DNA of 64,000 nucleotides from positions 13,098-77,097 of the forward strand of contig JAJDCM010000059.1 of the NCBI GenBank assembly GCA_029260825.1, given 5' to 3'. A program made the translations under genes and the position numbers. The notes beneath the pieces were generated by a model. It made no database searches. It saw only the letters and a list, made by a program, of their open reading frames with translations, and was not told the origin of the DNA. Every line of letters begins with the position of its first letter. Positions within the stretch are counted from its first letter, which is position 1. Below are positions 46,806 to 56,077 of the stretch, piece by piece. This DNA comes from Planctomycetota bacterium (lineage in GTDB: Bacteria > Planctomycetota > JACOTG01 > JAJDCM01).

Positions 46806-48200
46806 ATGACTGAACGATCCATTCTTTTGACGGCAGCGCCCCTGCTTCTCGTCTTCGCGATTGCGGGATGCAATCGATCGGAAACCGAACCGACGCAAAC
46901 TGCCTCCTCCGAGCTCATCCTTGAAATGACGACCCTGGTGCACGCTGCTCCTTGCACAACGGCCGAGAAAATGCGCGAGGTCGAATTTGTTGGATTCTCC
47001 TTCCGGGGTGAGTCCAACATCTACATCGCAAATCAGCAAGAGTTCACCGAAAACAAACCCACGGCTTTCCTTCAAACCGTGGAGACGCCAGATTTCTACT
47101 TGACTGGAGTGGCTATGGGCTCCGTTCCGGCGAGCGCCGCGCCTCCAAACGCTCCGGTGCTCTACGCCTACGGGATGAACGCCGTCACCGAAGGCTACGA
47201 GTTCCGGATGTACGCGCGCGGCAACGGGGAACCCGTCAACGAACGTACCTACCAGACGCTCTCATTGCCGGAAGCACCCGTGGCGATGGGGCAATCCGAT
47301 CCGAGCCTGATCTGGCTTGCTACGGAAGACGACAACGGGCAAGTCTCCGTATACCGACTTCTCGACATCAACCGAGACGGATGGATGGACCGGGTGAGAA
47401 GCTTTGCTACTTTCTCGCAATTTGCGTCACGCGCCAGTTCCGTGCTCTCTCGATTGAAGGCCGGCCCGTTTGTTCTCAAGCATGCCTCGAACCAGGAAGT
47501 CCTCTTCGTGCAAGATCGCTTTGTCCGACTCCGAGTGCTGGATCGCAACCAGGACGGAAGTGGTGATGTGGCTCTTCTTCCTGCCATGAGAAATCGCACG
47601 GGAAGCTTCTTTGCCGGAGGAATCCGGTCCGGTTCGGAGAGGGTTGGAATCTTGGGCCCGCCCCGGCAAACCGTGGAAGTTTGGAGCATCGACGAGAGGG
47701 GACATCTCGCCTCCATCCTCGGCTCCGGAATAACCGACTTGAGCGGACACGCCGTCCTCGACCTGGCCCGATCTCTTCGAATCGGCGATTCCATCTCGAT
47801 GCAGAACATCGGGTCTTCGCGAACATTTGAAAGCGACCGAGCCACGGTAAGCGCGCTTCCCCGGCTCGACGTTCTCCGGCTTTCCGAAGATCGAGTCGAG
47901 GCCGGTGGAACCATCGACTTCGCGGTGGAGTACGCGATGGAACGATCGTTCAACGAAGACGAACCGGAAGTCACTGCGTCCTGGATCTACAGGGATCGGG
48001 AAAATTGGGGTGAGTTCAGAACCGTCCCGTGTTCTCTCACCCGCCTCGATGCGGAATCTTACCGGGTCCACATCCCCGAGGTCAGAAACCACTGGGGAGG
48101 GAGACAGGTTCTCACTTTCTGCGTCGGCGACTTGCAGAGGGCAGTCAAGGTGAGAATCCGGTCGCACAAAGAGGCCGGGTCCATCGAAATCAACGGTTAG
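46806..48200 (+). CDS. Hypothetical lipoprotein
   Basis: Lipobox LVFAIAGCN at the internal Met. 464 aa. No family recognised. Confidence 0.55.
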   Translation: MTERSILLTAAPLLLVFAIAGCNRSETEPTQTASSELILEMTTLVHAAPCTTAEKMREVEFVGFSFRGESNIYIANQQEFTENKPTAFLQTVETPDFYLTGVAMGSVPASAAPPNAPVLYAYGMNAVTEGYEFRMYARGNGEPVNERTYQTLSLPEAPVAMGQSDPSLIWLATEDDNGQVSVYRLLDINRDGWMDRVRSFATFSQFASRASSVLSRLKAGPFVLKHASNQEVLFVQDRFVRLRVLDRNQDGSGDVALLPAMRNRTGSFFAGGIRSGSERVGILGPPRQTVEVWSIDERGHLASILGSGITDLSGHAVLDLARSLRIGDSISMQNIGSSRTFESDRATVSALPRLDVLRLSEDRVEAGGTIDFAVEYAMERSFNEDEPEVTASWIYRDRENWGEFRTVPCSLTRLDAESYRVHIPEVRNHWGGRQVLTFCVGDLQRAVKVRIRSHKEAGSIEING

Positions 48201-48289
48201 TTGCCCGGACGGTTTCACGCTCGATCAGGCGCTACACGGGTAGGCCTTCCCGGAACATCGACTCGCTACGAATCAAAGGACGGATAAAC

Positions 48290-50248
48290 ATGAGAAAAGC
48301 CAATTGGATCTTCCTGATGATGATATTTGCGAATCCCTCTTCTCCCATGTACGGGCTCGAAGAATCGACGCTTCCTGGGTTCCAGCCTCCGCCTCCAAGC
48401 ACCGTCGCGCCCTTTGAACCGGGTCATGAGTTCCTGCCGCTCGATGTTGTCGATCGGACGGAAGATGTGTTCTACTACTCTCCTTTTGATACTCCCAACT
48501 TTCCCAAGCAACGGATGGCCATCTACCACCCCAACACCCCGGCCCCCTTCGGCGGATACCCCGTTCTGATGGCCGTGCAGATGAACAACTTCGAGACCTC
48601 GAGCTATCAGACAAGCTATCGGCTGGCATTCGGAGCGATGCCGACTCGGCTCGCCTACTGGGCGCTCACCAACGGTTTCGCGGTGGCCTCGGTGGAGGTG
48701 ACAACAGGATACAACGAAGACCACCCGCTCGAGTTCTCCAACGAGCACGCCAGTGAGCCGGATGGCTGGCCCTACAGTGGAAGCGGCATTCAGTATCCGC
48801 CAGGAGTGACCATCGAGGGCGCCACCGGATTATTCGAGCCTTATCGAGACCCATCGATGCCGTCGTCTCTCAAGGATGTCATCTACGCCATCCAGTTCCT
48901 GCGCAAACACGCGGACGATTTGTCCCTGGACCCGGAGCGCATCGTGGTCCAGGGAGGATCTTCTTCTGCCACCAGCTTGATGTGGATCGCGCTCGGGAAC
49001 GAACGACAGGGCGAAGGAGCCCCGCAGGCCCCCCTCGACACGCAACACGGGCACTCGACGCGCCCCCAGGCGTTCATCTGCGTGAACGGTCAAACCTACG
49101 TCCCCTACATCGACGTCGGTCTCGACAGAATGGAACATCTGGGAGCGCCGCGATACCCCGAAGCCGGCGACCAACCGGACTCCGAGGCAGCACTCTATCT
49201 CTCGTCAGCCGACCTCTCGTTCGCCAACCCACTCTCGCCGCTCTTTTACTCCAATCGAGGTGTTCCCACCTATCTCGCCTACGACCGCGAGCCCGCCAAC
49301 ACGAATTACCAGGAGCCTCTGAACAACGCGGGAGCTCCATTCGATCCGTCGCTCCACGGATTGAATCCCCAGAACTCGGAAGACGAAATGGCACACTCCG
49401 CGTTCTTCGGTGCCATCTGGAGACACATCGACCCGCGGCCCCAATCCCGTTTTGCCCTCTTCACCTACATTCCAAAAACGCCATGCTGCGACAGTTCGAC
49501 TCTGGGCCCCCCGTGCGTCATCCATCCCGGCCCCAAGGGCCCAGGCCTCCCCGGGGATTGGGACAATGTGCCTGCCAATCACGACTTTATCCTGAGAGAT
49601 CATCGAAGAAACCCGGTAAGTCCGATCATTCTGGACATCCTGTCCTGGTCCATGCGAAGGATCAATGTCTTCGCCAACCTCGATTGGAGCTACGATCCCC
49701 TCCTCTGCCAATACACCGGGATCTGTGGAGAACTCGCCGGTATGAGTATGGACGCACAAGATGCAGCCATGACTCCGGCGGGTCCGAACGACGAGTACTT
49801 CGTCGAAGACTACTCCGGAACCTGGGAGTCGACGTTCGCCCCCACCGGCTACCGCTGTCGAGACCCTTTCGTCCCGCGGGGAGCAGCCCCTTACCTCGCC
49901 TGCGTGGCTACCTCACTTCCCGACGGCCCCTACGAGTTCACGCTTCGAGGAGCCCCCCCGAACTGGTATGTGGCAATCGCATATGGCCGGGAACTCGTCC
50001 TGAACCCGAGTCCGTGCGGAGGCATGACGATCCACGACCCGACGACGGTGGAGTTTCTCAACGAGCCCATCAGCACCTTTCAAACGGATTCAGAAGGTGC
50101 TCTCGACCTCGCATTTGAGTGGCCCCAAAACGGTCTTCTCCCGCCCCAACCGGGCGAACAAATCTGCTTTCAGGCGTTCGTCTACGAATTCAATACCACT
50201 CCCAACCCGCTCGTGGCGTCCAACGGAATCGTGCTCGAGATGCCATAA
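48290..50248 (+). CDS. Secreted hypothetical protein, possibly alpha/beta-hydrolase-like
   Basis: Signal-like N-terminus MRKANWIFLMMIFANPSSP. Candidate nucleophile elbow VVQGGSSSATSLM. Upstream of the second CCP gene. Confidence 0.5.
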   Translation: MRKANWIFLMMIFANPSSPMYGLEESTLPGFQPPPPSTVAPFEPGHEFLPLDVVDRTEDVFYYSPFDTPNFPKQRMAIYHPNTPAPFGGYPVLMAVQMNNFETSSYQTSYRLAFGAMPTRLAYWALTNGFAVASVEVTTGYNEDHPLEFSNEHASEPDGWPYSGSGIQYPPGVTIEGATGLFEPYRDPSMPSSLKDVIYAIQFLRKHADDLSLDPERIVVQGGSSSATSLMWIALGNERQGEGAPQAPLDTQHGHSTRPQAFICVNGQTYVPYIDVGLDRMEHLGAPRYPEAGDQPDSEAALYLSSADLSFANPLSPLFYSNRGVPTYLAYDREPANTNYQEPLNNAGAPFDPSLHGLNPQNSEDEMAHSAFFGAIWRHIDPRPQSRFALFTYIPKTPCCDSSTLGPPCVIHPGPKGPGLPGDWDNVPANHDFILRDHRRNPVSPIILDILSWSMRRINVFANLDWSYDPLLCQYTGICGELAGMSMDAQDAAMTPAGPNDEYFVEDYSGTWESTFAPTGYRCRDPFVPRGAAPYLACVATSLPDGPYEFTLRGAPPNWYVAIAYGRELVLNPSPCGGMTIHDPTTVEFLNEPISTFQTDSEGALDLAFEWPQNGLLPPQPGEQICFQAFVYEFNTTPNPLVASNGIVLEMP

Positions 50249-50480
50249 CGGAGCTTCCCAGCTTCGCTCGGAACATTGGAACAACTTCGCTCCGCCACCA
50301 CAAATAATACGGGCTAGCCGGGCAGGACCGCCTTTACAGCGGTCCTCGCCTTTTTATTGTTGGCAATCCGAGGCCATGGAGCCAAAATGATCGGAACAAG
50401 ATCATGGCTCGGAGCCTGGATTTTCTGTTTCCAACTTCCCGATTCTTCCTTCGTCAATCTCAAACCCACTTCACCCTAGA

Positions 50481-52127
50481 ATGATCAATACAAACGATCT
50501 TCCCCGATTCGCCGATCGACTTCTCCTCACCGCAGGGGCTCTTTTCCTCCTCGCCTCCGCGGCATTTGCCCAGCCCGGCCCGCCGCCGCCACCGGAAAAT
50601 CCGATCACCCCCCGGAAGACACTCCTGGGAAAGATCCTCTTCTGGGACGAGCAGCTCTCGAGCGACAACACGATCGCGTGCGGCACCTGCCACCTCCCCG
50701 AATTCGGTGGAGGTGATCCTCGGACCGTCGGCACTCCCGGGCTCGACGGAATCCTCGGAACCGACGACGATGTCTTCGGATCGCCCGGTGTCCCCGCCTC
50801 CGATGCGGACAACCGATACATCCCCCATCCCGACTTCGAGTTTCAACCCCAGGTAACGGGACGCATCAGCCCGAGCTTCATCGGAGCCTCGTTCTTTGGC
50901 GTGCTCTTCTGGGACGGTCGAGCCGGGTCCGAGTTCATCGATCCTCAGACCGGCGCGGTCAGCATCGTCAGCGGTGGAGCGCTCGAGAACCAGGTCGTGG
51001 GACCTCCCGTGTCCGACGTCGAGATGGCCCATCAGAGCCGGGACTGGTCCGAAATCGTGACCAAACTCGAAACCGTGATTCCTCTCAAACTCGCCACGAA
51101 TCTACCGCCGGATGTGGAGGAACACCTGAACGGCCTCCCCAGTTATCCCGCCCTGTTCTTCGCGGCGTTCGGCGATCCTGTCATCACTAGCGAAAGGATC
51201 GCTTTTGCCATCGCCACCTACGAGAGGACGTTGATTCCCGGCCTGACCCCGTTCGATCGATTCGTTGCCGGAGACCAACTCGCTCTCACCGCGCGCCAGC
51301 GGACCGGTCTCACTTCCTTTAACTCGGTAGGCAACTGCCTGAGCTGCCACGCTGGATTCTCGTTCTCCGACGGTAACTTCCATAACATTGGAGTGCGTCC
51401 CATCGCCGAGGATCCAGGACGCCAGGCCATCAGCGGAAATCCCGATGATGCCGGCCGCTTTCGCACCCCGTCGCTGCGCAACGTCGGCCTGCGACCTCGT
51501 TACTTCCACAATGGACGCTTCTCTTCTCTCACCGAAGTCGTGGAGTTCTACGATCGGGGAGGCGACTTCTCCGCGAACCGGTCGGAACTCATCGAACCCC
51601 TCAACTTGACGGCAGCCCAGCGAGAGGCAATCGTCGATTTCCTCCAAAACGGTCTTACCGATCCCCGGGTTAGGTTTGGATTCCCGCCCTTCGATCGTCC
51701 GACTCTCGGTTCCGAGTTGCCCCCGTCGCCCGAGATTTACGGCGACACGTCCCAGGGATCGGGTGGCACCGCCCCGTTAATGCTTGCCCTCACACCGCCT
51801 AGCATCCCAAACCCCGACTTCCGTCTTGGAGTCGGACGGGGCCTCGGAGGAGCGCGAGCCTTTCTCGTGATCTCCGGCCTTCCAACCCCGGATGGCACAG
51901 TGTTCCGGGACATCCCCCTCAATGTGAGTCTCGATCGGCAGCGACTGGTGCGAACTTTGACCCTCGACGGGGTGGGGCCGGGACAGGGTTTTGGAACCTT
52001 CAAAGGAAACATCCCGAACGACCCACGCCTTATAGGTAGAGACTACTACGCCCAGTGGTTTGTCGAGGACCCGGCAGCCACCGGAGGCTTCGCGGCCAGC
52101 GCGGGCGCGAAACTCGAACTCTACTGA
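50481..52127 (+). CDS. Di-heme cytochrome c peroxidase / MauG-family enzyme (second copy)
   Basis: Signal peptide. CGTCHLP and CLSCHAG heme motifs. FRTPSLRNVGLRPRYFHNGRFSSLTEVVEFY. Confidence 0.85.
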   Translation: MINTNDLPRFADRLLLTAGALFLLASAAFAQPGPPPPPENPITPRKTLLGKILFWDEQLSSDNTIACGTCHLPEFGGGDPRTVGTPGLDGILGTDDDVFGSPGVPASDADNRYIPHPDFEFQPQVTGRISPSFIGASFFGVLFWDGRAGSEFIDPQTGAVSIVSGGALENQVVGPPVSDVEMAHQSRDWSEIVTKLETVIPLKLATNLPPDVEEHLNGLPSYPALFFAAFGDPVITSERIAFAIATYERTLIPGLTPFDRFVAGDQLALTARQRTGLTSFNSVGNCLSCHAGFSFSDGNFHNIGVRPIAEDPGRQAISGNPDDAGRFRTPSLRNVGLRPRYFHNGRFSSLTEVVEFYDRGGDFSANRSELIEPLNLTAAQREAIVDFLQNGLTDPRVRFGFPPFDRPTLGSELPPSPEIYGDTSQGSGGTAPLMLALTPPSIPNPDFRLGVGRGLGGARAFLVISGLPTPDGTVFRDIPLNVSLDRQRLVRTLTLDGVGPGQGFGTFKGNIPNDPRLIGRDYYAQWFVEDPAATGGFAASAGAKLELY

Positions 52128-52161
52128 CCCGACGCCGTCCGCCCGTTGTCGAGAGCTCTAG

Positions 52162-52192
52162 CTAGCCCGGATGATTCGGGCTAGTGCTTTTT
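52162..52192 (+). terminator. Rho-independent terminator after CCP gene, overlapping the stop of the convergent hydrolase gene
   Basis: ctagcccg / gatgatt / cgggctag hairpin followed by tgcttttt. Confidence 0.6.
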
Positions 52193-53044
52193 CCCCAGCT
52201 GATCGATGATGATCTGCAGATGACGATTGAACTCAGTGGGCTTTTCCAGCATCAAGAAATGCCCAACTCCTTGCATCTGCACCGCATCAAAATCGCCATA
52301 CTTTTGATTGACCTTGATGGCCGTCGGATAGGGGGCAGCCGCGTTGATCGCCCGAACCGGGACGCCCGCAGCCGACAACGCCAGCTTCCAATCGAATCGG
52401 TTATAGGAGGCCAACAGCGAGGTTGCCGCTTTCCGATCGGGCACGTCAGCTTTTTTCAAGATCGATTTCAAAACCTCGCTCTTATCGTCTGTGAAGAATC
52501 CGGTCATGAAGCGGGTCCATGCCGCATCAAAATCATCTTCGAACCTCTTGACCATTCGATCGGCCGCCCCGGGGGGAAAGCTAAATTCCACATCATGGAT
52601 GGAGTCAACGGCCACAATCCCACGAAGAACACCCCTCAGCTTGGGCGCAGCGGCAAGCGCCACGGGCCCACCCATGGAATGACCAACGAGCACAACATTC
52701 TTCAGCCCCAGTCCTCGAACAATCGTAGCAACGTCTACACCCAACCCATCGATCGACCAGGATTTTCGGTTCGCACCGGATGCACCGTGTCCGGGAAGGT
52801 CGATCGCAATGACGCGATATGATTTGCGGAACTCCGGAACCTGAAAGCGCCAATGGGTGCGATCACAGGTCCATCCATGCACGAAAACAAGGGCAAGTTC
52901 GCCGCTACCCTCCGAGGAGTACGAAATACGAACTCCATCGACTGCTTGAATGCTATCCACTTCCTGCCCATGGATCGAGGACGAACCAAGCCCGATCAGT
53001 AGCAATGCAAAAACCAGTCGCACGGTCACGTGTCGTCTCCTCAT
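52181..53044 (-). CDS. Secreted alpha/beta-fold hydrolase
   Basis: Signal peptide. HGW oxyanion block (VFVHGWTCD). Nucleophile elbow GHSMGG. Terminal GVGHF (catalytic His). Confidence 0.8.
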   Translation of the reverse strand: MRRRHVTVRLVFALLLIGLGSSSIHGQEVDSIQAVDGVRISYSSEGSGELALVFVHGWTCDRTHWRFQVPEFRKSYRVIAIDLPGHGASGANRKSWSIDGLGVDVATIVRGLGLKNVVLVGHSMGGPVALAAAPKLRGVLRGIVAVDSIHDVEFSFPPGAADRMVKRFEDDFDAAWTRFMTGFFTDDKSEVLKSILKKADVPDRKAATSLLASYNRFDWKLALSAAGVPVRAINAAAPYPTAIKVNQKYGDFDAVQMQGVGHFLMLEKPTEFNRHLQIIIDQLGKKH

Positions 53045-53247
53045 CGAACTCCTCTCTTGCCCCTGTGGGCCCCATTTTGCCAGATCTCGAGTATATTTCT
53101 ACACGTGGGGCCCTTCCTGAGAGGTGGAATCAGAACAAGTGGATTGAAAACACGCACCCGTTTGAGTACTTTGATCCAGCTCTCAGTAGGAGGAGCGTGT
53201 ATTGTCGGGATAGGGGTGTCGCCAACGCAGAAGAGAGGTGAACTGCT

Positions 53248-55656
53248 ATGCCATACTTCGTTTCATCCCGATCTGACCGTCGCGGACGGGACTTCCTGTC
53301 CTCGGCTTCCACCGCCCGTCCGGAGGTTCTGCGAACCACCTTCATCCTCTGTGCACTTTTCCTTGCTCTTGCCGGATTCACCCCGGCTCTTTACGCCACC
53401 GGCCTCATCGACTCTCCTGCCGCTCGGGTCGCGGGGACTTTTGACAACAACCCCTCCGACGATGACTCTTTCTTCGGCCCCCGGTTCTTCCTTTTTGTGA
53501 ACGAGGGGCAAGAGGGTGTTGACCTCAACGGAGACGGAGATACGAGCGACCTGGTCGTTCACATGTTCAACGGTCGGGATGAATCCCTGACAAACCTGGG
53601 ACTTGTCGTAAGATCCAGCTCGATTCAAACAAGAGTGATGGGTACTGTCGCGGTGATCAAGGTCGACGAGGCCAACCAGGACGAGGATCTCAACAATGAC
53701 GGCAACAAGAACAAGCAAGTTGACCACGTCTACGACATAGCGCGAGGTACACTTCTCAATACCAGCTTTGCCGACACGGATGTGGTCAGGATTGGAAGGT
53801 TCTTGCAAATCAGGAAGATCGGCCTGGTCACCCTCCTTTACGACATGACCACCGGAGATTTGATCAATCTCGGTTTCGAGGCACGGCTCATCGCACATCG
53901 AGGCATGTCCCTCCTGCTCTCCATCTCGGAGCTTGGACAAGGCGACATCAATGAGGACGGTGACGAGTTCGATAGCGTCTTCCACTCCTATGACTTGACA
54001 ACCTTCACTCTGACAAACCTTTTTCTTCCCGAAGGGCCCTTCGAAAACTCAGGACCACCGACGGTTGAGACGAGCGGGCGTTTTTGCACATTTCTGGTGG
54101 ACGAAAACCGATTCGGCCCCTCGGATCTCAACGGAGACGGAGACTTCCAGGACCAGGTCCTTCACATCTATGACTTCTCAACGAACGAGATCACGAATCT
54201 GAGCCTGGACATCAGGGAAGAGGTATTCCCTGGAGAACGATTGCGCAGGGTCCGTTTTCAAGAGGATCGGATGGCGATCGGCGTACTCGAGTCCGAGCAA
54301 GGGGGAGCGGACCTCAACGGGGATGGAGACGGACTCGACGACGTGCTCCATGTCTATGATGCAAACACAGGCGTTCTCACCAACCTGAGCCTTGCCATCT
54401 CAGATCGAACGACCAACTCATCTGGATCCCGGGATAGTTTTGAACTTCATGGGAATCTCTTGAGCTTTGCCATCGACGAGTTCAACCAAGGACTTACCGA
54501 TCTGAACGGGGATGGTGACTCCTTTGATCGGGTGGCTCACCTTTACAATATGGCGACGGGAGAGCTGATCAACTTCGGGATGGCCGGAGACATTCGTCGC
54601 ATCGGAGACCTTTACGTCATTGAAGGGAACGAGATCGAGCAAGGCCTGACCGATCTGAACGGGGATGGAGACTTTCTCGACCTGACGCCAGTCGTTTATG
54701 ACCCAACGACAATGTCCACTACGACGATTCCCTTGACAGTCGGCCTTGCCCCTGTACATCCAGAGGACGATCGGACGGTTCAAGTCAAAGGCTCAGGATC
54801 GACCCTCCTTTTCGTCGTGCATGAAGAGCATATCGGAAACCAGGATTTCGATGGAGACGGAGAGGCCATCTCTTTTGTTCCGTTTATCTTTGACGGAGTG
54901 ACCGGGCAGCTCACCAATCTAGGCCAGCCAGTAACGCATAGCTCCTCGGGGAACATCGTGGGGAGCCGGGTGCACTACACCAACAGCGACCACAACTATA
55001 TTTATGACCTTAAAACAAGATTGAGCTTCGAAACCGGGGCACCAGAGTTCAGGGGGAGGCTGTTCGAGCACCTCTTCGTGTACAGGGTTTCGGAGGATGA
55101 AGTCCTCGAAGATCTGAATGGTGACAGTGATCAGCGCGACAAGGTCATCCACGTAGTGATTCTTGATCGGGAGCTTGGTACAGGTAGCGTGAACGGCGGC
55201 ATCGGGCCGGTGACCGACGTACTCTCCTTCCAGGGGCAGACAGGAACAATTAACTTTCCCACCGGGGAGGACATCGAGCTGACGCTTGACTCTCCACCTG
55301 CGGATCTTGATGCCCGATACATCCTCTGGGTCTGGCCGGGAAGACCCACCCAGGAAACCGAGTTCCTCACCCCATCCGGCGACACTTTGGGATTCCTCGT
55401 CAACCCGATTCCCTTCGGGCCATCACCTGATCCGCAGCCGATCGCCTGCATTCGTAGTTCCGATTTCAACCGAGGTGCATGCTCAGGATCCCTGAGACAA
55501 ATCATCGGACCGGAACGCGCCCCCTTCACGATCAGCAAGCCCGGATTCGATTCCCCGATAGACTTCACCCTCCAAGGAATCATCGAAGACTCCGGCTCCG
55601 CGAACTCGATCGGAATGAGCGTAACCAACGCGATCATTATCCAGGCAAGAGACTGA
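53248..55656 (+). CDS. Secreted calcium-binding-type repeat (FG-GAP-like, DLNGDGD) propeller protein with shared CTD
   Basis: agaggtg RBS. Signal/TM LCALFLALAGFTPALYA. Nine ~65-aa repeats of E.NQG.DLNGDGD..D.VLHVYD..TG.LTNL. C-terminal CTD. Confidence 0.8.
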   Translation: MPYFVSSRSDRRGRDFLSSASTARPEVLRTTFILCALFLALAGFTPALYATGLIDSPAARVAGTFDNNPSDDDSFFGPRFFLFVNEGQEGVDLNGDGDTSDLVVHMFNGRDESLTNLGLVVRSSSIQTRVMGTVAVIKVDEANQDEDLNNDGNKNKQVDHVYDIARGTLLNTSFADTDVVRIGRFLQIRKIGLVTLLYDMTTGDLINLGFEARLIAHRGMSLLLSISELGQGDINEDGDEFDSVFHSYDLTTFTLTNLFLPEGPFENSGPPTVETSGRFCTFLVDENRFGPSDLNGDGDFQDQVLHIYDFSTNEITNLSLDIREEVFPGERLRRVRFQEDRMAIGVLESEQGGADLNGDGDGLDDVLHVYDANTGVLTNLSLAISDRTTNSSGSRDSFELHGNLLSFAIDEFNQGLTDLNGDGDSFDRVAHLYNMATGELINFGMAGDIRRIGDLYVIEGNEIEQGLTDLNGDGDFLDLTPVVYDPTTMSTTTIPLTVGLAPVHPEDDRTVQVKGSGSTLLFVVHEEHIGNQDFDGDGEAISFVPFIFDGVTGQLTNLGQPVTHSSSGNIVGSRVHYTNSDHNYIYDLKTRLSFETGAPEFRGRLFEHLFVYRVSEDEVLEDLNGDSDQRDKVIHVVILDRELGTGSVNGGIGPVTDVLSFQGQTGTINFPTGEDIELTLDSPPADLDARYILWVWPGRPTQETEFLTPSGDTLGFLVNPIPFGPSPDPQPIACIRSSDFNRGACSGSLRQIIGPERAPFTISKPGFDSPIDFTLQGIIEDSGSANSIGMSVTNAIIIQARD
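55183..55653 (+). other. Shared C-terminal domain (CTD) instance 4
   Basis: GSVNGGIGPVTDVLSFQGQTG...RYILWVWPGRP...GFLVNPIPFGPSPDPQPIACIRSSDFNRGACSG...ANSIGMSVTNAIIIQARD. Confidence 0.75.
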
Positions 55657-56014
55657 GAGTCGGGGCGCATCCGATTCTACATGAATCAGGATATCCCCTA
55701 CTTTCATAACAATATTGGTTTCGCTCGGAATGGCGTTAACCGGAGCGATTACTTCTGCCTCAGCTTTCGATCAGATCCAGTGCCATTCCATGGAAATACC
55801 AACCGACAGGTGTGCGCTTGGTCCTCGACCACAGCAAAATAATATTTTTCCTGCGTTACACCTTCTCCTTTCGCGTTCTTGACAGTAGATGGCTTTGATC
55901 CGATCAAGCCTCTTTGCCGGAGCAGAATCAGAGTCCGACAACCGGGAGAATCCATGGCTCATGGAAAAGTCTCTCTGCTCCTGGCTCAACCGGACTCGAA
56001 TCTGAGTTCCTGCC

Positions 56015-56036
56015 TATCAGGATATTTCTCCTGATA
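56015..56036 (+). promoter_or_regulatory. Perfect 8-bp inverted repeat with 6-bp spacer ~40 bp upstream of the Ig-repeat gene start (candidate operator)
   Basis: tatcagga-tatttc-tcctgata. It lies in a 420-bp AT-richer leader that also contains a ttgaca hexamer at ~55873. Confidence 0.3.
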
Positions 56037-56077
56037 CAACGGAAGTAACGACAAAGGGAAGGTCGTAAGGAGAAGAG

